A stretch of DNA of 59,068 bases, the filler included, from Basidiobolus ranarum (lineage: Eukaryota): the NCBI GenBank assembly GCA_040143965.1. It is 2 parts of 2 records of this genome, joined end to end, with 100 filler letters (N's around TTAATTAATTAA, not from the genome) between each part and the next. Parts side by side here need not be neighbours in the genome. Positions count along the whole stretch, not along the records: positions 29,642 to 59,068 come from JASJQH010000105.1; 1 more part is not named here. One strand, 5' to 3'. A program made the position numbers and the translations under genes. Shown here piece after piece: positions 39,999 through 55,087 of the stretch. How positions within the stretch are numbered: the stretch's first letter is position 1; the number at the start of each line of letters is the position of its first letter. A model generated the notes under the pieces. The model did not search any database. It worked only from the letters and a program-made list of their open reading frames with translations, and was not told the DNA's origin.

Positions 39999-40375
39999 AT
40001 TACGAGAGTATGTTAGTTACCAAGAAATTCCACTTCCTATTCTGCTTCTCTTTGATCATGATTCGAAAATATCCATTCATACACTATTTGTTTATCAAAG
40101 GTCTGGGCCGTGCCGAATTTGTCACTGGAGTGAGAGGAATAGGGGGAGGGGGAGGGGGAGAGTTAACTAATTATGTACTATCTTCGTGGTTGGCAATTAT
40201 CCTGAATCAGTATATATATATACATATAGCAATATCAATCATCTCACATGATCCTTTTTTTACTCAGCAGCTATTCTCTTGGTTAGGCTGGAGAGCTTAT
40301 CTTGGTTAGACACGCATACATTCAATTTAGATTAATCAATTTGTTTATTTTGTTTTGGTAAATATGCACCATTGA

Positions 40376-42044
<1,669 letters not shown>

Positions 42045-42237
42045 TAAATCAAGTAAATATTTCCAGTGTGGAGCATTGGCCAAACAGTTTATTTTGGATG
42101 AGTACTGTAGAGTGTGTATGTAAGAATGATGCAATATGACGATAAATATACCCATCGTAAAGAGACTCATGATATGTTACTCGGATCAATATTTTGGGGA
42201 TTTTACTTTCTTGCCTCGTCTCGCCTTGGATTCCGCA

Positions 42238-44690
42238 TCAATGCGTTTCCTGGTCAAGTGAGGATGTCAAGATTACTTTTGGATGTATACTAATGTCAGT
42301 GAAAATTTCTGCTAATTCTTGGTGTGAATGCTCAATCTCTTTCTTGTTTTCTTGCACTCTTTGTGTTCCTCTATCGATAGCATGATGTACCTCCTCAAGC
42401 GCATTACGAGCAGGTTGGCTTAATTTTTCGTCAAGTTCTTTTTCGTAAACGTTGATTAAGTCTGATTTTAACTTATCCTCAAATGAGGTGAGGGTTTTAA
42501 TTAGCTTTCTTTCAAAATACTCCCAACGTAGATTCATGTACCCAAAGCCTGAGAGCGAGAAAGCGTAAGTAGAGAATGTAAGTAAATGGTATTTGGATAG
42601 GTTACGAACCGGTAGCCGCTGCCACAAAGTAGCTAGGCAAAGTGAAGGTTAGAGGCAGATTGAGGCTGAACATTGAAAGCCCAATACCCACAGCAGTAAT
42701 CTAGAATCCGATAATTCCGGATCAGTCCAGTGATTGAATGGTGAACAATGTAAGAAAGTGTATCGCCGTTACCTGAAGTCCCGCTGACTGAGCTACAAGG
42801 TTACTTGCTTTCTGATGAATTTCTTGGCATTGGGTCTCAATGTCAAATCCATGTCTTTGTCTCCATACAATATTACTAAGTACAAATGGGTCCGACTCTT
42901 TGACGAAATCAACGTTGTTTAGCTTCGATAACAAGCCCTCTAAGTCGGCTTTGAGCTCTCTGGAGATCATGTTTTCTTGGTAAGGCAAATCGGTGGCAAT
43001 TTGTTCCAGGCAGTTGGTTAAGTTCAATCGTAGGCTTTCGAGACCTTCATTAAAACGACCAGTAGCATATGTCATCTATGAATAGATATATTCTAGTTAG
43101 CTTTGGAAAAAGTGTATGTCATAGTTGAAATATGCAGAAAGTCGAGTACGAACTCTGTGCTCAGCTTCTTCAAGGATTTCGGTTCCAAAGGCATTTCTCA
43201 AGTCGATGTCTACCGAGCCAAATTTAAAGAAGGCGTGGTAAAACTTGACCCTATTGAAATAATTTCTAATACGATTCTTCACATCCAGGATGTTGTGGTC
43301 AACGATTTTGATCTCTTTCTCCAAGAAATGTTGGGCCATACTTTGTTTACCAGTTTGAAGATGTTCTGTCAACTTTGCTACCTTAAGATCGGTTGTTTCG
43401 AGAGTCTTTAAAAGTTCATTCTGTTGGTTTGTTAGTCTCTCTAGGGCTTTCAAGCCAATAAATCCTGTTGATTCGTACTTCATGGTTTGGATTTGCTGTG
43501 GTGTCAAGGTTTTGCATACAATATCCTTGACTTCTTGAATGCCTGACCGAATCCAAAGTTCCTGGTATTGATTGACTTCGGATTTTTTCATGGCTTCCTG
43601 GGCAGCAAGGGCATCACGGGTGGATAGATAAAAGATTTGGGGTAATTTCTGATCTTCGGTTGATTCAGAAACAAGTTGCTTAATCTCGGATTGCACTTCG
43701 TTGATAATCGAGTCAGCTCTACTGGAATCGCCACTAACTGCTTCCACTTCATTAATCAACATTAAGACATTCTTCTTTTTGTTCACTTTTCGGAAAAATT
43801 GGCGCTCGGTAGCCCCTTCAAATCTGCGGATGGTATCAGTCAAGAACAATACCAAATCGCTTCTCTGGATGATATCATCTACCACTGATTCATCTACTCT
43901 TCCAAGTGCTATACAGAGGAAAATGTTGAGTGCCAAATTGATATGGGATATGACTTGAAAGCATCTAGATATTATCTGTCTGCTGTGTCTAACCTGGTAA
44001 TTCATACAATTCTGTATGTTGCGCTCTTAGCCAGTCAGTAGGAATGCTAACATTGACGCAATCACCAACGTCGATTGAAGAAGGGGTTTGACCAAAACTA
44101 CAAAAATACTCTTTAATTTGGGTGTTTTTCGTGGAATGCTATCAAAGAGAAGTGGAAATGTTATTGTACCAAATACGATGAACTTTTCCCGTCTGAAGTG
44201 CAGTAGTACGCAAGGTAATAGCGTCCGAGGTTCCCTTCTCTCCGAATGGACTGTCTAGTAAAGCGTTGATAAGAGACTCTCCACCAGTTCTTGCCTCGCC
44301 AATAACTTTAAATTGCAAGAGAAAGGAAAAGGATTTTAGTCAAAGTTGAAACCACTAAATACACTTGTTTTCACGTCACCCCAGGGTCATATACCTACCG
44401 GCAACTCGGAAAATCGCATCTAATTCCGGGATCGCCGTGGCGGTTCTCTTAATCCAACTCGAATTCTGCTCTTCTAACTTCAGTTGGAGATTATTGATCT
44501 CTCCAAGTGTTTTAGATAGTCGTTGTTGTATGGTTTCGCTTTTTTGAGGAAGGTTTTCAGTAGAAGTTGAAAACCTAGAAAGTGCGTAATACGAGCTAGG
44601 TCGACGTAAGGAAGTCAAACATCTCGTTCTACCAAATGATAAAGGAAATCTTCTTAAAGAATGCAACTGGCTCACCACTATAGTTGACAT
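42238..44690 (-). CDS. Mitochondrial dynamin/P-loop-related membrane protein (Mmc1-like)
   Basis: Arg/Ser-rich targeting peptide, degenerate P-loop GEARTGGESLINALLDSP, SDLVLFLTD, helical bundle, C-terminal hydrophobic segments followed by LRWE. Confidence 0.6.
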
Positions 44691-45389
44691 ATTTGTATAT
44701 TAGTGGACGACTTGGTCAAATCAACACTGCCAGTCTTGGGAGTCTTGGTTCAAGAGATCGCATTCAGTTGTCTGATTAACTGAAAATGCATCACCTATAT
44801 GGATGAACCCCACAAAATACGTAGAAATCAACATTTACGATGGGGATTTTTAATTGAATTTCCATAATTTTACACAATCTATTGCTTTAGTTAAATCAAT
44901 TGTGTTATCCTAAATCTCTCCTCGTCTACAGTGTGAGATGCGTGAGCTGTGAGCGACACATCAACCGTGATCCTGCTAATGGATGATAAAACAGGTCACT
45001 TGGTTAACTTCCTCGCTGAAACTAGACCTCCGTACACTGCAGGCTTGCGAAAGGTACTTGTTACGATTTCATCACCATGTGCATGCTCACACAGTTCTTA
45101 TGAGAGCTAGTAATGAACGTCACAAAATCCACCAATTTAGTAGAGATGAATCATGTGATTCCATCAAGATTCCGCCTTGCAGTAGTATTGGAGCAAGCTT
45201 AGTTCTAAACTGCAGTAAAATTACCTAGTCACTATTTGTAAGCATTTTCCAAGCATTCCCTTTGTAACAGGAGTTATTATTGTTGTTCTCCTATTTCTAA
45301 ATAAACCTTTACAAACCACCTTTCTTTTTACTCATTTCTTTGAACAATATTAAATCGAGTAAGTGAAGTGGCGCTCCGTTCAAAATCCA

Positions 45390-47052
45390 ATGGAATGCAA
45401 AGTATGCTGCAACGTTCAACGTCGATTTTATTGTGCTTCTTGTATACAAGAAAGGTATTCTCCCTATCTTTCTTCTTTATCAATATCACAAGAGAAACTC
45501 TAGACAATTTGGTGGAGCTTTTATGTACTGCTTTATTATTTATTCTGATGAAATTTCCTTTGTTTTCCAAAAACCAATCCTTGTAGAGTACGAAAGCATC
45601 AAGCAGTTGCAAATCGATATGCAAACAGCATCCGTGAAGTTTTAGATAAGTTTCAAGTGGCTTTAAAATCTTCTCAAGTTGAGGGAAAGCAAAAACATAT
45701 CCAAAAGCAAGCTCTAGAACGAAGTTTAACTCGATATAAAGAACAGTTAGAAGCCAAACAAAAGCAAATTGATATAGGTATTCATAGGTTTTATTATCAA
45801 TTGAGCATTCTCATTACCACTAAGTTTTAGAAGAATAACCATCCTTTTGATTGTCATTATTACACTATTGTGATACAGAAAAATCGCGAGTACATCAACT
45901 TCAAGTTAGAAATGGATTACTTCGAGAGAATTTGATTTCTGCTAGAGCTCGATTGAAAGCATCTAGAGAGCAAGAAGTGGTTCGTTATGAGACTTACATG
46001 GCGAAACTCTTCGAAAAGAAAAAGCACGCACAACAGATCTTAGCACATACAAGAAGGGTCCTAGTATGGGAATTGCTATCTTTATTTGAGTTACGACAAT
46101 TAGGCGACGACACAGTTCATCCCAATCATCATCACTCAAATCCCTTTAACCTTCGATGTAAATACATTATCGCCGGGATCTACTTGCCGAGCAACGGGAA
46201 TTGGCCTGGTGAGTGATTCTATTTTTGTTCGCTTTCATAGAGCCATCTAACCATCTCATATGAAAAGAATGTCCTAGAGACCAATTGAATGCCGGAGTAG
46301 GTCACATCATTCACATGTCGGGGCTGATGGCTCACTATCTCAATGTAAAACTTCCGCTTCAGGTGCTCTACAAAGATTCTCTTCCATACATTAAAGTAGC
46401 ATTGGACAACGCTTCCGAAAGGTAAGTAGCAATATATATATATACGATGAATAGCTCATTTACCAAAAATATGAAATAGCGAGACGATGCCACTCTATTA
46501 CTCAGATGATAACAACGACTTGTTCACAGCGGGAATGGCGATGCTTAGCTACAATATTCTCTGCCTCTGTTATTCTCAAGGGTTAGAAATCTCGCCAAAT
46601 CAGATACATCACATATTACGAAATTTGCTCATGTGTTGCAAGTCGAACAATTTAGGCCGGTGAGTTTTATGAATCTATCGAGGAATTTCCCAGCTCTCTC
46701 GCCCCATTTAAATGAACGAAATGGCTAACCTTAGAATCTTCAATGCATTAGGACAAACAACAATCCACGCAAGATCCCTATGTTCAATGTAAGCAAAGTG
46801 TACCAAATTATAAAATCTACAAGAAACCCTGAAAATGCATTGAGTGTGCATGAAGCTCTACAGCTTAACTTTGCCGGAGAAGACTCTAGCGAAGAGGATG
46901 AAGACGGCAATGAAACATGGGATCTAGTCGAGGTTGTCTTACCGCCTACACCAAGTCAAACATTGGATATCGAACATTGGAGTAAAAGTGCAATGTCTGA
47001 GAAAGGAAAGCAGGCGGTAGGGTATCTAAGCGGATGGGTAAACTTCCTGTGA
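45390..47052 (+). CDS. ATG14: Atg14-like PI3K complex I subunit
   Basis: First exon MECKVCCNVQRRFYCASC (CxxC..CxxC), long coiled coil, LNAGVGHIIHM..LMAHYLNVKLP, FTAGMAMLSYNI..LCYSQG, acidic WDLV motif. Confidence 0.8.
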
Positions 47053-47284
47053 TGTAATCAAGTAGCTCTTCCTACACCTCCCACCCTTCATCACCCATCT
47101 CACTTGCCATCTGATTTATTTATGTATATTACATTCCCTCTCAAATCATTGTCCTAGAAACGATTGGTAATAAAAAAGACAGATGCACGTTTGTGAGTGA
47201 AAAGTCAAATTCAAAATTTATTATTCAAAAGTGGATTAAAATTGATATACAGCCAACATCTCTATATATTGCGGGTGAGATTTC

Positions 47285-48046
47285 TTACAATTTAGTAAGT
47301 CGATAGAAACGAACAAAATCCAGACGCATTTGTTCTGGCACATACGGATGCCACGCAGTGGTAGGAAGTATCTCCAACTTCAAACATTTCTCTGCGTTGG
47401 CAACAAAGGCATCTTGAGCTGCTTGGTTTCTTACTTCTGACATGCAGTAGATAGTTGTCTTTCCCTGGTCGTCACATAGTTGATTCATAGTGTACACCAG
47501 GTCAGTAGCACTAGCCTCAGAATAAATACAATCCGCTGCAAAGATGAAATCCAGAGGGAATTCGCGTTTAATACGCTCTATTTCCTTTTGATATTCCTCT
47601 CCCCAAACTAAGGGCATAGTTGTCACGTTGGCTTGGTTCAAAGCTACGTTTCGTTGAAGTCTGGGTACAAGTTCAGGGATATCTGTCATTATTACGTTGG
47701 CTTCTAATTTACTCAACACAATACCTGGCACACCGATCCCAGCACCTAACTCGAGACAATTTTTCCCAGCGACGTTTAAATTCTTCTTCTTATTGACACC
47801 TTTGCCTCCTCTACGAAATAGACATTCCAAGTAACAACTAAGTATAAAAGAGGAGCCCCAAGCGTATCCTCCCAAATGTGGTGAGTGAGGATCTTGTTCA
47901 AAACTTAAGGTGAATTGTCCGAGTTTAACGGATATTTGGTCGGCAGCTTGTAAAGTCCACCTGTCCAACTCTTCCATTTCTTTATTGGTAAACTTTCCAT
48001 CTTCCCAGCCAGAAGTGATGTATTGAAAAGAACTAGGGTCAGGCAT
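47285..48046 (-). CDS. Protein-lysine methyltransferase, METTL21/Efm family, single exon
   Basis: GGYAWGSS, CLELGAGIGVPG, VIMTD, LVWG, DFIFAADCIY. Confidence 0.92.
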   Translation of the reverse strand: MPDPSSFQYITSGWEDGKFTNKEMEELDRWTLQAADQISVKLGQFTLSFEQDPHSPHLGGYAWGSSFILSCYLECLFRRGGKGVNKKKNLNVAGKNCLELGAGIGVPGIVLSKLEANVIMTDIPELVPRLQRNVALNQANVTTMPLVWGEEYQKEIERIKREFPLDFIFAADCIYSEASATDLVYTMNQLCDDQGKTTIYCMSEVRNQAAQDAFVANAEKCLKLEILPTTAWHPYVPEQMRLDFVRFYRLTKL

Positions 48047-48390
48047 ATTTATGGTAGAACTATGATAAGAATTGATTTCATTTGCTTTAGTAGATTTAAT
48101 ATGGCTTTAGAGATGGAAAAAATCCCATCACATGGATTTGTTTACATGATGATTGGTTTAACCAGGTTCAATATTTACGAAGAAAGTTAAATGAGTTGGG
48201 TTACGATCTGATTAAGTTAAGCAGTTAAGTTAGAAGATGATTAAGAGTCTAAATAAGTTGAATAATAAAAAGTAGTTCTATAATGCTGATGCTGTAGGTG
48301 AGTTCTATGTGGAATACGGGGTGTGTACATATGGAGAAAATCAGAAAATATTAGAAAATGATTATATAGTATAAATCAAATAACTAGAGT

Positions 48391-48790
48391 TCAAAAGCAT
48401 CCGATCAACTCTTGGATTTGCTGGATGAGGGTAGACATGGTTTGATTGGAGAATTCCCCTTCATCTGTGATATCTGGGACTAGTGCATCTCCTTCCACAA
48501 AATCCAATAGCTGTCTAACGCGAATCAACTGATCAATTTTATCAGTTGACTGGGAGTTCTTTTCATAAATTGTCTTCAGCTCTAGAAAAAGATTTAGATA
48601 CGGGCAAATTGACGGTGATAGACATGAAATATATACCTTGGTACAGTTGATGAACTTGAAGCAGAGACTCTCTCTGGTGCTGAAAAGAGCTTTGACTTTG
48701 TTGAATACGGTCGGGTACCACGAACTCGTCTTGATCAAATTCAAACCCTTCATCCCAAGACTCCGAGGCGCTTTCATAAAGTGACAGCAT
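48391..48790 (-). CDS. Small acidic/helical hypothetical protein, 2 exons
   Basis: The two ORF-track fragments join in frame via GT-AG intron 48582-48636 (...HQLYQ/ELKTIYEK...). Confidence 0.6.
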
Positions 48791-49089
48791 TTCTATAATC
48801 TATGTTTGGATACAAACTCCCAGAGCAGCCCAACCTCTTGCGCAGTTATATATATATTCCCCCATTCACTCGTCCATTATCAGCGTGGCAAAGTTCAAAA
48901 TCGTCAGAGAGTGATCACCAATTGTTTCCGCTTGATTTCTAGATTTCCAATTAAAAAGGGGGAGATAATGGGCTGATTGAGGCTCAATAATGATAGAAAT
49001 GGTTGGATTTGTTACTCAAAGCTTGGATTAGGGTTATCGCACTCAGGCCCATTGTAGTATTGATCTAATAGAGCATTCAAAACCTCAAA

Positions 49090-49159
49090 GTTTCATGTAT
49101 TTTAAGGTTGAAGAATAGAATTGGGTTTCATGTATTTTAGGGTTGAAGAATAAGAATTG
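49090..49159. repeat. ~35-bp tandem duplication
   Basis: GTTTCATGTATTTTARGGTTGAAGAATA(A)GAATTG x2. Confidence 0.85.
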
Positions 49160-49444
49160 TAATTGTTACTAAATATATTCCAATTTACCCCAGCCTCTTT
49201 AATGCTCTGTGTGCTGTTTCCGGTTTGTCAGCCACCATTTCCCCATTTACTGCTTCAACCATACCCTAGCGTTGAGCTGATGCCAATCGAACATTCATTC
49301 ACCTCTTCCCCATACAAAACATGAAACGAGCGAGAAAATGGTCTCTATCTTTTATTAAGCAGATTTCAGCACATCATTTATTCCAATATTTACAAAAACC
49401 ATTTCCGATATTTACAAGCAAAAGAGAACTCTGCACACGAACAT

Positions 49445-50831
49445 TTATAGAAAATCGGGTTTTATGGAATCTTCATGCATATCCATAACCTGCAGAAACG
49501 AATGTTCAGTCCGTCATATTTACACATGTATTAGAAATCCATAATAATCTGGTAAATACCTCGATTTGTTCCTGCAGCATTCGAATCATCACGTCCGGTG
49601 CTAACATCGAAGCCAACTGCTTGACTTGATTTTCTAAATGTACGCGAAACTCACGCTCCGCCTTTAGTCTCTTGTCAAAATCTCGCTCACGACGATCAGT
49701 GGTAACTACAAGGTTTTCGTGGTTTTGTGACACTTGACGAAGCATTATACCTTGAAGTATCGAATTAGTATAGGGTAACTCCACTTGATGGGGAGGGTTT
49801 AATACTTACGGAGTTCACGAATGGTCACATCTTTACTACGAGATTCAGCCTCGAATCGTTGCCGAGAAGCCAGCTCGATCATCAAGTTTCGTTCAATTGT
49901 GTCACGCTTCTCCATCTCTAGAGAATCCATATGATTGAGCTTCTAGCTCTAGTGACGAGGGGAATTTGCTCTAAGGAGACTTACCTAATTCAACTCGATC
50001 TTGAAGTTTGGTAATTTTGCGTCGTAATTGCTAAGTTGAGATATTTTGTTATTTCTTTGTTCCTGACTATCGAAAATCAAACAAATATGGTCTAGATACC
50101 TCAATTTGAACTGCATCTTCACTCTCACCGGTAGAATCGCTGGTGATTGAAACTTTCCGCTTTAACACTCCTCTGGTAATATAGGCGAGAGTTAGTAAGT
50201 GATCTCCAATCATCAAGACACATTATTCTTTACTTTGGTTCCAATGAACTAGTGAAGAGTGGAGTCGAATCGAGGCTGACTGAGCGTGGTGTTCTAGGAC
50301 GTGGGGACATACCAACACCACTCAAGTTTGGTCTATCATAATCATAAACGATTAGAAATCCTTAATTAAACCAACGATTGGTCTATAACTTTCACTCACT
50401 GCTTATCACAATAAATTGAATTGAAATTGTTGTTCCACTCCGGTCTAGGCTTTGGTGTGGATTTGACTGGTGTGGGGCGTTGCGGTGATAATTTGAATAC
50501 TGGACGCTCTATCGGCTCTGGTTTGGGGATACGTTGAGGTGGGTCAATGAAGCCAAACCGACGTAACGATCTAGGGGAAGCACGTGGGTATTTGAAGTCT
50601 AAAGAACATTTCCAAAAGTTAACGAAATTCCAAAAAAGGTTTTCTTTACTAGACAATGCTTTTAATACCTGGACTTGTTGATGTTGTGGTACTAGAAGAA
50701 CAACTGAAACGTCGTGAAGGAGTAGGGGTAGCTAGTGGTGAAGTGGAGACTGTACTACTTTTCGTGTCAGTTAGGGAGGGAGAGGGAGAGCTAGGCCTCT
50801 CTTCTCTGCAAGGATAAGCAAAACCCTCCAT
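49445..50831 (-). CDS. Ser/Pro-rich N-terminus + coiled-coil hypothetical protein, ~8 exons
   Basis: MEGFAYPCREERPSSPSP..., consistent GT-AG junctions, coiled coil RERDFDKRLKAEREFRVHLENQVKQL, last exon VMDMHEDSIKPDFL*. Confidence 0.65.
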
Positions 50832-51347
50832 ATTACTTAGTTTTACGTTATTCAAGTGTGGATAAAAGAGATAATTTCAAAGATTTCAATAGCAAATGAT
50901 CATATGCAATTAATTGTACAAGGATAGTGGGCGCGGAAGGTAGCTCTCTTTTATAGCAACTATGAATGATTAAAAATAGGGTATTAATGTGAGACCTTCA
51001 TGTCTTTGTGCTATTTCTAAAAAATTGGGAAACAATATAATGGCGAATCGTTGTTTAAGAATCACTCCATTTGATCATTGTTGATTGCATTCCATAGTTA
51101 TTTGATTAACTCCCTACATAATGAGATAGCAACAGTAATGGTTGTATTAAATGGTTGTATTGTCAAGGAAGTTATCCAATCTATGAACCAATCTTGTATG
51201 ATCTATAAATGATGACACGTGACCCCTCAGATGTACGGTAAAAAAAAAGAAAAAATACAAAGCAAAAGCAGTGAGGTTGAAAAAATGGATTTCCTTTGAC
51301 ATCCAAGACTAGTCACCATATACCGTCACCATAGTTAATTTTTCGTC

Positions 51348-51807
51348 ATGGGAAAACCAAGTACGTAATATAGAGTAGATTCATGTTACTTCAGCACTAA
51401 CGAGCTTATTCATTGCCGACTTTTAGAGAAGATGCAAGTTGATGACGAATGTATGTAGCCATAAATTTGATATACATATAATTTTCTGCCAGCTAACGAT
51501 CCAAATATCTTAATGTAGCTGTCTCAAACAAGGAAGTCGTTGATCGTGAATTGGCTCAGCTTCAACATCGTACAGCTCAAAGGTATTTTATTCTCCGTCA
51601 GTTTTATTGCGAGTATACTTATTGAACAATGGAAAATACAGTGGTGTCAAGAAGGGCAGAAAGAAACAAATCTCTGCAAAGGCCCAAAAACGCAAGACTA
51701 AATTGCTTGAAAAGGCGCTTACCTCGGTAGAGAAGGAGGAGAAGCGATTAGATAAGCAAAGTGAGAAATCTATTAAGAAGCAGTTAGGCAAGAAGGCATG
51801 GGAGTAA
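51348..51807 (+). CDS. Small basic protein, Alb1/Ecm1-like ribosome-biogenesis factor, 4 exons
   Basis: Spliced MGKPKKMQVDDES...SGVKKGRKKQISAKAQKRKTKLLEKAL...KRLDKQSEKSIKKQLGKKAWE. Confidence 0.6.
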
Positions 51808-52632
51808 TCAACAAAGCAAGACTTTGTTAAACATGAGCTGCCACCATATAGAAACACATTTGTACTCGTAGCAATGTAGCCGCTACCATCCCTGTTCACA
51901 CTAAATAATTTAATTCACTCCAATTGTATTTTGCAGTGGATGATTCTGGAGATACGCTACTGAACTTCTATACTCAGAATAAATTGAGCCAACTTTGGTT
52001 TGTTTATATGCTATATATTCAATGACTTGGTTATTTTAACTTTAATAAACAACCGTACTATTGGCAATAGCAACCCTTATCATTGCTCAACCCCAACTCC
52101 TGTCTCGTTTGGTATGGTAATTTGGCTTAGATGCTGTGCACTTTGTAGACATTAACAAACCTCAGCGAAGTTGGCTGACTATTGGTTACCAGATGAACAT
52201 TAGATCTCTGACTGATTACCAATTGGTTGATCCTCAATACGCTATTCAGATAAAGGTTCTTTCTAGAACGCGCCTACAGGTGTTAACTTCACTAGTAGAG
52301 TAATAAGTGATGTCTAGATTTTGATATATGCCCGTAAGTTAAAATCTAGTTTCTTCCGTAACCAGCCGATCTGACCATCGATTAATTGATAGTTTACCAT
52401 TTGTCCAAATGTTCATCAATTCTGTATGATATCATCATACTTATCCCGAACATCCTCTGGGAAGCGAGAATGACATGCTGAGTAGTCCAGAGCGATTCGG
52501 TAATTGGTTTCCCGTTATATTGAGGACCTAGGACACTTATAAATACAGCCACCGTCTATCTTCTCCCACTCAGTGTTCCTTACTCACAAATAGAACTTAA
52601 TTACTAAACCCTTAATAGAGTTTGAAACTGCT

Positions 52633-53611
52633 ATGTTTGATATTGACCACACCTACTTTGACCCCAAGCTCCATGCCGATGCCTTGGAGAAGATTCGTAA
52701 CAAGAAAGCCTTCATTTGTGATATGGATGGCGTCATCTACAGAGTAAGTGTTTTGATGTACGTATCTTTTGAGACTTTTTGCTAAATAGACTCTTTTCTA
52801 GGGAAATAATTTACTCAAGGGTGTCAAAGAGTTTGTTGAGTGGCTTAAGCGCGAGAATAAGCAGTTCCTTTTCTTGACCAACAACTCAGCCCCCACTCCC
52901 AGAGAATTATCTGAAAAGTTGGCTCGTCTTGGTATTGATGTCCCCGAAAAGCATTTCTACACTTCTGGTATTTGCACTGCCAAATTCTTGCAAACCCAAA
53001 AGCCTGGAGGTTCTTGCTATACCATCGGTGAACCTGGTCTCACCTATTCCCTCTACGAGCATGGTTTCATCATGAACGATGTTAACCCTGACTTTGTCGT
53101 TGTTGGTGAGTCTAGTAGCTACAACTATGAAAAAATTGCCAAGGCTGTCAAGCTCTGTTCCGCTGGTGCTAAGTTAATCGGTACCAACTTGGATGTTAAT
53201 GGTCCTGATGCCAACGGTGTTCTCCATCCTTCTTGTGGTTGTTTCGCCAAAGCCATTGAATTGGCAAGTGGAAAGAACGCTTTCTTTTGCGGTAAACCTG
53301 GTAGTTTGATGATGAGATATGCCCAACGTATTCTTGGTTGCACTCGTGAGGAGACATGTATTATTGGAGATAGAATTGACACTGATGTACTTGCCGGAAT
53401 CAATTCTGAGATTGATTCAGTGTTGGTTCTGAGTGGTGTAGCCACCAAGGCAGACATTAGTAACTCACCATTTGTTCCTACCTGTGTTCTCCACGGTGTT
53501 TATGAGATTCCCCCAGAGTTTGAAGATGATCATATGCCTGACCAGCACAGTGCTTACAAACCTCAACCTCTCCTTGACGACAGTAGTTACGACACAATAA
53601 GTAACAATTGA
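52633..53611 (+). CDS. nagD: HAD-IIA phosphatase, NagD-like
   Basis: FICDMDGVIY, intron 52744-52801, FLTNNS, LIGTNLD, GKPG, IIGDRIDTDV, VLVLSGV. Confidence 0.92.
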
Positions 53612-54052
53612 ATCGTGGATGATATGGACTTGACACCAAGTGAACGCACGTTCCACTTATCTGAATCTGAGGATTCAAATGAATTCTTTGAATCTTCGAC
53701 TCAGTTCCACGAAAAGTCACCTGTTTGCTCGTTTGAAGTTGCGCGGCCTATTTGCCATATAATGTAACTTTGTTATATCTTATTAATAAAATCCTGCTGT
53801 AGTTATAATATAATACTTTGATTGTACCAAAATTATTCCTATTTGTTGAAGCCCATTCGTCGAATCACATTACGCATACATTTTTTGGAGTTACGTGGAC
53901 TAATCTGCATAATCGATCGTCATCAGTAGATCTTAGTAATCAATCGATCAATTTAAATTAACCATGTGAGTTTTGGCCATTGAGCAATCTTAAAGATTGA
54001 AGGCGGGAATTTCACTGAGCGACTTGGTCCTTTACTGATACTGTCACCAAAT

Positions 54053-54535
54053 ATGTCGAAGTCCTTACTAGATCAACACAAGCTTGTAGATACGTTACTT
54101 GAAGAAGTAAATGCAGTAGAAACATTAGGAAATTTCTTATTCACTAATATGTTGGAGATTTTTTTAACCTGTTTATTTAGAAGGAATCAATATTAAACTT
54201 GAGTTTCCTTTCTTTAGAAGTAACTCACCATTGACGGGGTATTCTGCCAAACAAGCGGGAGGTATTTTACTTTATTGCTATGAAGGTGATGGAATTTTCA
54301 ACTGATCTTCCAAATAGTCGACGCGAATACCATAGTGGCCTCTCTTGAACGTTTAGAAGCTATGATAAAGGCGAGCGGTTTGCTTACCTTATCGAGCGTA
54401 GAGTCTGAAGCAAAGAGCGTGGCAACTTTAACCGAGGAGAAGACTCATTCTGTGGAGAGATTGTTTCAACAACGCGATCAATTGATACAAAACACTAGAG
54501 CAGTACTGACAATGATTGGGGCTAACGATGCATAG
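54053..54535 (+). CDS. Small helical hypothetical protein, 3 exons; first intron apparently GA-AG
   Basis: MSKSLLDQHKLVDTLLEEVNAVETL/EGINIKLEFPFF...KQAG/VDANTIVASLERLE...; frame closes with intron 54129-54180. Confidence 0.55.
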
Positions 54536-55087
54536 AAAATTTATATATTTATTACTCAAACCGAATACTTTGGTATACTTGATAGTTGATAATCAGTAAG
54601 GAATATGAATGTGAATACATGACGTTCTTTTGTTGGTTACCATTCTAGATTTTCTCTTACTTTTCTATGTATCATAATACGCCAATGTCAACAGAATTAA
54701 GTCTAGATTATGGCTTTATATCTAAGAATCAGCTGCATTCTTAACAATGGGCTTGCTACTTTGTTCCGTTAATAAAGGTTAGTATGAAGCCATGTCCGAG
54801 AATATTCAAGTAAAGTAGGCAACTTCTTGCTCAAAACAAACCAGATATTTAATCATAATGATTAATTTTATTGCTATAGAGACAATGATTCCAAAATTGA
54901 ATAGAAATGCACGTAACACAATACTATATGAAATTATTTGCACCAAATTGGAAAATAAAAATTTAACAAAAATCAATTTTTATCACGATCCTATTGGGAG
55001 TGACTGGTTATTGATTTTACTGCAAAAATTTGTACAATCTTAACCTCGAAGAGAAAGGCTCTTCGTCTTCTATCTACGGTTCTTTTA

